From: Mayamaea pseudoterrestris
Taxonomy: Eukaryota
Assembly (NCBI GenBank): GCA_027923505.1
Contig: BROI01000007.1
Span: forward strand, 558,001 to 622,000
Length of the DNA stretch: 64,000 bases
Direction: 5' to 3'
Both the position numbers and the translations under genes were made by a program. The notes under the pieces were generated by a model. The model had not been told where the DNA came from. It did not search any database and saw nothing but the letters and a program-made list of their open reading frames with translations. Below, in pieces: positions 56,378 through 64,000 of the stretch (positions within the stretch are counted from its first letter, which is position 1; each line of letters opens with the position of its first letter).

Positions 56378-58709
56378 CACCAAATACATTGCCATCCCCT
56401 GAGACACCAGCCAAGCCTACCATCTTGTAAGGCAGCCTGAATAAGGATGTTGACACCATTCTGGTGTATTTTGGGCACATACAGGGCTTGCTGTAGGGGT
56501 GTTTGAATGTCATGGCATCTGCGGGCTGAGACTGGTGACTAGTTGTCACCAAATACATTGCCATCCCCTGAGACACCAGCCAAGCCTACCATCTTGTAGC
56601 GCAGCCTGAATAATGATGTTGGCACCATTCAGGTGTATTTTGGGCACCTTCAGGGCTTGCTGTAAGGGCGTTTGAATGTCACGGCATCTGTGGGCTGAGA
56701 CTGGTGACAAGTTGTCACTGAATACATTGCCATCCCCTGAGACACCAGCCAAGCCTACCATCTTGTAGCGCAGACTGAATAATGATGTTGGCACCATTCC
56801 GGTGTATGAATGTCGCGGCATCTGCGGGCTGAGACTGGTGACAAGTTGTCACCACATACATTGCCATTCCCTTGACACAGCAGCCAAGCCTACCATCTTG
56901 TAGCGCAGCCTGAATAAGGATGTTGACACCATAATGGTGTAGTTTGGGCACCTACAGGGCTTGATGTAGGGGCGTTTGAATGTCACGGCATCTGCGGGCT
57001 GAGACTGGTGACAAGTTGTCACCAAATACATTGCCATCCCCTGAGACACCAGCCAAGCCTACCATCTTGGCGCGCAGCCTAAAAAATGATGTTGACACCA
57101 TTCTGGTGTATTTTGGGCACCTACAGGACTTGCTGTAGGGGCGTTTGAATGTCACGGCATCTGTGGGCTGAGACTTGTGACAAGTTGTCACCAAAACATT
57201 GCCATCCCCTGAGACACCAGCCAAGCCTTCCATCTTGTAGCGCAGACTGAATAATGATGTTGGCACCATTCTGGTGTATTTTGGGCACCTACAGGGCTTG
57301 CTGTAGGGGCGTTTGAATGTCGTGGCATCTGCGGGCTGAGACTGGTGACAAGTTGTCACCAAATACATTGCCATTCCCTAAGACACCATCCAAGCCTACC
57401 AACTTGTAGCACAGCCAAAAGGATGATGTTGGTATCATTCTGGTGTATTTTGGGCACCTACAGGGCTTGCAGTAGGTGCGTTTGAATGTCACAGCATCTG
57501 AAGGCTGAGACTGGTGACAAGTTGTCACCAAATACATTGCCATCCCCTGAGACACCAGCCAAGCCTACCATCTTGTAAGGCAGCTTGCATAAGGATGTTG
57601 ACACCATTCTGGTGTATTTTGGGCACCTACAGGGCTTGCTGTAGGGGCGTTTGAATGTCGTGGCATCTGCGGGCTGAGACTGGTGACAAGTTGTCACCAA
57701 ATACATTGCCATCCCCTGAGACACCAGCCAAGCCTACCATCTAGTAGCGTAGCCTGAGTAATAATGTTGGCACCATTCTGGTGTATTTTGGGCACCTACA
57801 GGGCTTGCTGTAGGGGCGTTTGAATGTCACGGCATCTGCGGGCTGAGACTGGTGACAAGTTGGCACCAAATACATTGCCATCCCCTGAGACACCAGCCAA
57901 GCCTACCCTCTTGTAGCGCAGCCTGTATAATGAAGGTGGCACCATTCTGGTGTATTTTAGGCACTTACAGGGCTTGCTGTAGGGGCATTTGAATGTCATA
58001 GCATCTGCGGGCTGAGACAGGTGACAAGTTGTCACCAAATACATTGCCATCCCCTGAGACACCAGCCAAGCCTACCATCATGTAGTTCAGCCTGAATAAG
58101 GATGTTGGCACCATTCTGGTGTATTTTAAGCATCTACAGGGCTTGCTGTAGGGGCGTTTGAATGTCACGGCATCTGCGGGCTGAGACTGGTGACAAGTTG
58201 TCACCAAATACATTGCCATCCCCTGAGACACCAGCCAAGCCTACCATCTTGTAGCGTAGCCTGAATAAGGATGTTGGCACCATTCTGGTGTATTTTGGGC
58301 ACCTACAGGGCTTGCTGTAGGGGCGTTTGAATGTCCAGCATCTGCAGGCTGAGACTGGTGACAAGTTGTCACCAAATACATTGCCATCCCCTGAGACACC
58401 AGCCAAGACTACCACCTAGTAGCGCAGCCTGATTAATTATGTTTACACCATTCTGGTGTAGTTTGGGCTTCTACAGGACTTGCTGTAGGGGCGTTTGAAT
58501 GTCACAGCATCTGCGGGCTGAGACTGGTGACAAGTTGTCACCAAATACATTGCCATCCCCTGAGACACCAGCCAAGCCTACCATCTTGTAGCGCAGCCTG
58601 AATAATGATGTTGGCACCATTCTGGTGTATTTTGGGCACCTACAGGGCTTGCTGTAGGGGCGTTTGAATGTCACGGCATCTGCGGGCTGAGACTGGTGAC
58701 AAGTTGTCA

Positions 58710-59757
58710 TTGACCTGTCAAACGCCCCATGCCCTGGCCACCCAAATACCCAATGAGTCAGGCAAAACATGTCTAGGGTATGCCATGGATAGGTGCAGAG
58801 TCGCAAATGGTGAAAAGGAATGCCTGGAGGCTGACACCACGGGTACAGCCTCCACTGTGGCTATGGCCAACACCACAAGTTTTAGATTCTGACCTTTCAA
58901 ACGCCCCATGCCCTGGCCGCCCAAGTACCCAATGAGTCAAGCAAATCATGTCCAGGGTATGCCATTGACAGGTGCAGAGTCTTAAATGGTGCAAAAGGAC
59001 TGCCTGGAGGCTGACACCATGGGTATGGCCTCCACTGTGGGTATGGCCAACACCACAAGTTGCAGATTCTGAACTGTCAAATACCCCGTGCCCTGGCCAC
59101 CCAAATACCCAATGAGTAAGGCAAAACATGTCTAGGGTATGCCATTGACAGGTGCAGAGTCTCAAACGGTGAAAAATAGACAGCCTGGAGGCCTACACCA
59201 TGGAATGGTCTATGGAATCATAACACTACAATGCCCCATGCCCTGATCACCCAACAACCCAAAGAGTCAGGCAAAACATGTCCGGGGTGTGCCATTGACA
59301 TAACGATGGTCTGAAATATTGCAAAACGGACTGACTGGAGGCCTACACCATGGAATGGACTGCAGGCTGGGGGTGGCCAACACCCCAAATTATGGAATCA
59401 TACCACTACAATTCCCCATGCCCTGGCCACCCAACAACCCAATGAGTCAGGCAAAACATGTCCAGGGTGTGCCATTCACATGTGGATGGCCTGAAATGGT
59501 GCAAAACGGACTGCCGGGAGGCCTACACCACGGAATGGTCTGCATGATGGGTGTGGCCAACACCCCAAAATATGGAATCATACCACTACAATGCCCCATG
59601 CCCTGGCCACCCAACAACCCAATGAGTCAGGCAAAACATGTCCAGGGTATGCCATGGACATGAGAATGGTCTGAAATGGTGCAAAACGGACTGCCCGGAG
59701 GCCTACACCATGGAATGGTCTGCAGGATGGGGGTGGCCAACACTCTAAATTAAAATT
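58710..59757. repeat. ~180-bp satellite block 1 (two subtypes)
   Basis: Periods 58711/58890/59070 and 59391/59571. Core CCCCATGCCCTGGCCACCCAA..CCCAATGAGTCAGGCAAAACATGTC. Confidence 0.92.
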
Positions 59758-61300
59758 ATGAGACTGGTGACAAGTTGTCACCAAATACATTGCCATCCCC
59801 TGAGACACCAGCCAAGCCTACCATCTTGGCGTGCAGCCTCATTAATGATGTTAGCACCATTCTGGTGTATTTTGGGCACCTACAGGGCTTGCTGTAGGAG
59901 CGTTTGAATGTCATGGCATCTGCGGGCTGAGACTGGTGACAAGTTGTCACCAAATACATTGTCATCCCCTGAGACACCAGCCAAGCCTATCATCTTGTAG
60001 CGCAGCCTGAATAATGATGTTGGCACCATTCTGGTGTATTTTAGGCACCTACAGGGCTTGCTGTAGGGGCGTTTGAATGTCATGGCATCTGTGGGCTGAG
60101 ACTGGTGACAAGTTGTCACCAAATACATTGCCATCCCCTGAGACACCAGCTAAGCCTACCATCTTGTAAGGCAGCTTGCATAAGGATGTTGACACCATTC
60201 TGGTGTATTTTGGGCACCTACAGGGCTTGCTGTAGGGGCGTTTAAATGTCGTGGCATCTGCGGGCTGAGACTGGTGACAAGTTGTCACCAAATACATTGC
60301 CATCCCCTGAGACACCAGCCAAGCCTACCATCTAGTAGCGTAGCCTGAGTAATAATGTTGGCACCATTCTGGTGTATTTTGGGCACCTACAGGGCTTGCT
60401 GTAGGGGCATTTGAATGTCACGGCATCTGCGGGCTGAGACTGGTGACAAGTTGTCACCAAATACATTGCCATCCCCTGAGACAGCAGCCAAGCCTACCCT
60501 CTTGTAGCGCAGCCTGAATAATGAAGGTGGCACCATTCTGGTGTATTTTAGGCACTTACAGGGCTTGCTGTAGGGGCATTTGAATGTCACAGCATCTGCG
60601 GGCTGAGACAGGTGACAAGTTGTCACCAAATACATTACCATCCCCTGAGACACCAGCCAAGCCTACCATCATGTAGTTCAGCCTGAATAAGGATGTTGGC
60701 ACCATTCTGGTGTATTTTGGGCACCTACAGGGCTTGCTGTAGGGGCGTTTGAATGTCACGGCATCTGCGGGCTGAGACTGGTGACAAGTTGTCACCAAAT
60801 ACATTGCCATCCCCTGAGACACCAGCCAAGCCTACCATCTTGTAGCGTAGCCTGAATAAGGATGTTGGCATCATTCTGGTGTATTTTGGGCACCTACAGG
60901 GCTTGCTGTAGGGGCGTTTGAATGTCCAGCATCTGCAGGCTGAGACTGGTGACAAGTTGTCACCAAATACATTGCCATCCCCTGAGACACCAGCCAAGAC
61001 TACCACCTAGTAGCGCAGCCTGATTAATTATGTTTACACCATGCGGGTGTAGTTTGGGCTTCTACAGGACTTGCTGTAGGGGCGTTTGAATGTCACAGCA
61101 TCTGCGGGCTGAGACTGGTGACAAGTTGTCACCAAATACATTGCCATCCCCTAAGACACCAGCCAAGCCTACCATCTTGTAGCGCAGCCTGAATAAGGAT
61201 GTTGGCACCATTCTGGTGTATTTTAGGCACCTACAGGGCTTGCTGTAGGGGCGTTTGAATGTCACGGCATCTGCGGGCTGAGACTGGTGACAAGTTGTCA

Positions 61301-62342
61301 TTGACCTGTCAAACGCCCCATGCCCTGGCCACCCAAATACCCAATGAGTCAGGCAAAACATGTCCAGGGTATGCCATGGATAGGTGCAGAGTCGCAAATG
61401 GTGAAAAGGAATGCCTGGAGGCTTATACCACGGGTACAGCCTCCACTGTGGCTATGGCCAACACCACAAGTTTTAGATTCTGACCTGTCAAACGCCCCAT
61501 GCCCTGGCCGCCCAAATACCCAATGAGTCAAGCAAATCATGTCCAGGGTATGCCATTGACAGGTGCAGAGTCTCAAATGGTGCAAAATGGACTGCCTGGA
61601 GGCTGACACCATGGGTATGGCCTCCACTGTGGGTATGGCCAACACCACAAGTTGCAGATTCTGAACTGTCAAATACCCCGTGCCCTGGCCACCCAAATAC
61701 CCAATGAGTAAGGTAAAACATGTCTAGGGTATGCCATTGACAGGTGCAGAGTCTCAAACGGTGAAAAATAGACAGCCTGGAGGCCTACACCATGGAATGG
61801 TCTATGGAATCATAACACTACAATGCCCCATGCCCTGATCACCCAACAACCCAAAGAGTCAGGCAAAACATGTCCGGGGTGTGCCATTGACATAACGATG
61901 GTCTGAAATATTGCAAAACGGACTGACTGGAGGCCTACACCATGGAATGGACTGCAGGCTGGGGGTGGCCAACACCCCAAATTATGGAATCATACCAATA
62001 CAATTCCCCATGCCCTGGCCACCCAACAACCCAATGAGTCAGGCAAAACATGTCCAGGGTGTGCCATTCACATGTGGATGGCCTGAAATGGTGCAAAACG
62101 GACTGCCGGGAGGCCTACACCACGGAATGGTCTGCATGATGGGTGTGGCCAACACCCCAAAATATGGAATCATACCACTACAATGCCCCATGCCCTGGCC
62201 ACCCAACAACCCAATGAGTCAGGCAAAACATGTCCAGGGTACGCCATGGACATGAGAATGGTCTGAAATGGTGCAAAACGGACTGCCCGGAGGCCTACAC
62301 CATGGAATGGTCTGCAGGATGGGGGTGGCCAACACTCTAAAT
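61301..62342. repeat. ~180-bp satellite block 2
   Basis: Near-identical to block 1 at offset 2591. Confidence 0.92.
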
Positions 62343-63526
62343 TATGAGACTGGTGACAAGTTGTCACCAAATACATTGCCATCCCCTGAGACACCAGCCA
62401 AGCCTACCATCTTGTAGCGCAGCCTGAATAATGATGTTGGCACCATTCTGGTGTAATTTGGGCACCTACAGGGCCTGCTGTAAGGGCGTTTGAATGTCAC
62501 GGCATCTGCGGGCTGAGACTGGTGACAAGTTGTCACCAAATACATTGCCATCCCCTGAGACACCAGCCAGGCATATCATCTTGTAGCTCAGACTGAATAA
62601 TGATGTTGGCACCATTCTGGTGTAATTTGAGCACCTACAGGGCCTGTGTTAGGAGAGTTTGAATGTCACGGCATCTGCAGGCTGAGACTGGTGACAAGTT
62701 GTCACCAAATACATTGCCAACCCCTGAGACACAAGCCCAGATTACCATCTGGTAGCGCAGCCTGAATAAGGATGTTGGCTCCATTTGGGTGTATTTTGGG
62801 CACCTACAGGGCTTGCTGTAGGGGCGTTTGAATGTCACGGCATCTGCAGGCTGAGACTGGTGACAAGTTGTCACAAAATACATTGCCATTCCCTGAGACA
62901 CCAGCCAGGCATACCATCTTGTAGCGCAGCGGAATTATGATGTAGGCACCATTTTGGTGTAATTTGGTCAACTACAGGGCTTGTTGTAGGGGCGTTTGAA
63001 TGTCACAGCATCTGCGGGCTGAGACTGGTGACAAGTTGTCACCAAATACATTGCCATCCCCTGAGACACCAGCCAAGCATACCATCTTGTAGCGCAGCCT
63101 GAATAATGATGTTGGCACCATTCTGGTGTAATTTGGGCACCTACAGGGCCTGCTGTAGGGGCGTTTGAATGTCACGGCATCTGCGGGCTGAGACTGGTGA
63201 CAAGTTGTCACCAAATACATTGCCATCCCCTGAGACACCAGCCAAGCCTACCATCTTGTAGCGCAGCCTGAATAATGATGTTGGCACCATTCTGGTGTAT
63301 TTTGGGCACCTACAGGGCTTGCTGTAGGGGCGTTTGAATGTCACGGCATCTGCGGGCTGAGACTGGTGACAAGTTGTCACCAAATACATTGCCATCCCCT
63401 GAGACACCAGCCAGGCATATCATCTTGTAGCGCAGCCTGAATAATGATGTTGGCACCATTCTGGTGTAATTTGGGCACCTACAGGGCTTGCTGTAGGGGC
63501 GTTTGAATGTCACGGCATCTGCGGGC

Positions 63527-64000
63527 CAATGACAAGTCGCAGAGCGGCGAAGTCAAGAGCCCGAACCCTAATTAGCTTGTGTCGAGTCCGCAGCTGTCGT
63601 ATGTGACATGTGAATGAAGAAAGTGCGCAACCGTCGTGTGGATGCGTTGTATGAATGGAACGACCAGTTACGACTGATGTAATGTGATTGAAAGAAACGG
63701 ATTGATCGGATGATCTTCCGAGTGGTCGATGTAGCGATGTAGCGATAAGCTCACAATATAGAACTACTAGTTTGCGACGAGAGTGCAGTCGTATTCGTGT
63801 AGTGGCGAGCGCAAGACTATTCGACGAGCCATCTCCATCAAGAGCTGTACAGACCGTGGCCAAGGACCCTGTATCGGAGCTTTTTGGAGGTAAGACGTTG
63901 ACTGCGAAATCGTCAACGGTGTTAGATTAACATTTCAGTGCTTTGAGAGCGAGAACGAGCGAGGGAGCTATCGTGACACATTCGTCTGCAGCGAGTCCGA
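63527..64000 (+). mobile_element. Start of a probable third LTR element C (putative LTR ~63527-63923)
   Basis: Abrupt exit from the satellite into ~400 bp of unique sequence, followed by AGATTAACA, the same 9-mer that follows the element B 5' LTR. Confidence 0.55.

Larger units (their letters stand above)
54796..63526. repeat. 169-bp tandem satellite array, interrupted by other elements
   Basis: Unit starts at 54797 and 54966 (period 169). Consensus includes GGCTGAGACTGGTGACAAGTTGTCACCAAATACATTGCCATCCCCTGAGACACCAGCC. Confidence 0.97.

Noticed and set aside
54796..63526. CRISPR array or repeated 88-aa proteins (MSQGMAMYL...)
   Set aside because: The whole 169-bp unit repeats with no unique spacers and there are no cas genes. 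The ORFs are by-products of a tandem repeat whose length is not a multiple of three.

Overview
Gene-dense eukaryotic nuclear DNA, most likely a pennate diatom. This is inferred from short GT-AG introns, CoDi-type Ty1/copia elements and protein style. Bases 1-33.5 kb carry about 19 protein genes: NELF-A-like, Kir channel, PLD, HDAC/APAH family, TLK, dCTPase, LSm2, ATG11, NTAQ1, uridine kinase, ClpP, alpha-SNAP, GT92, KIN17, HIRA, an Asp/Asn beta-hydroxylase-like gene and hypotheticals. The standout finding is a circularly permuted tRNA-Ile(UAU) gene on the minus strand at 12242-12322. Its 3' half lies upstream of its 5' half, the break is at 37/38, leader and trailer form a bulge-helix-bulge, and it has an upstream TATA and a T4 terminator. 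Bases 33.6-54.8 kb hold a truncated copia element A, a ~9.9 kb indel-ridden re-copy of 26.0-36.0 kb (probably an assembly or haplotype artefact), and an intact chromodomain-bearing copia element B with identical 311-bp LTRs. From 54.8 kb there is a 169-bp palindrome-containing satellite array. It includes a related, inverted ~180-bp satellite, a ~2.59-kb higher-order repeat, a solo-LTR-like insert and the start of another LTR element, which together suggest a heterochromatic or centromere-like domain.
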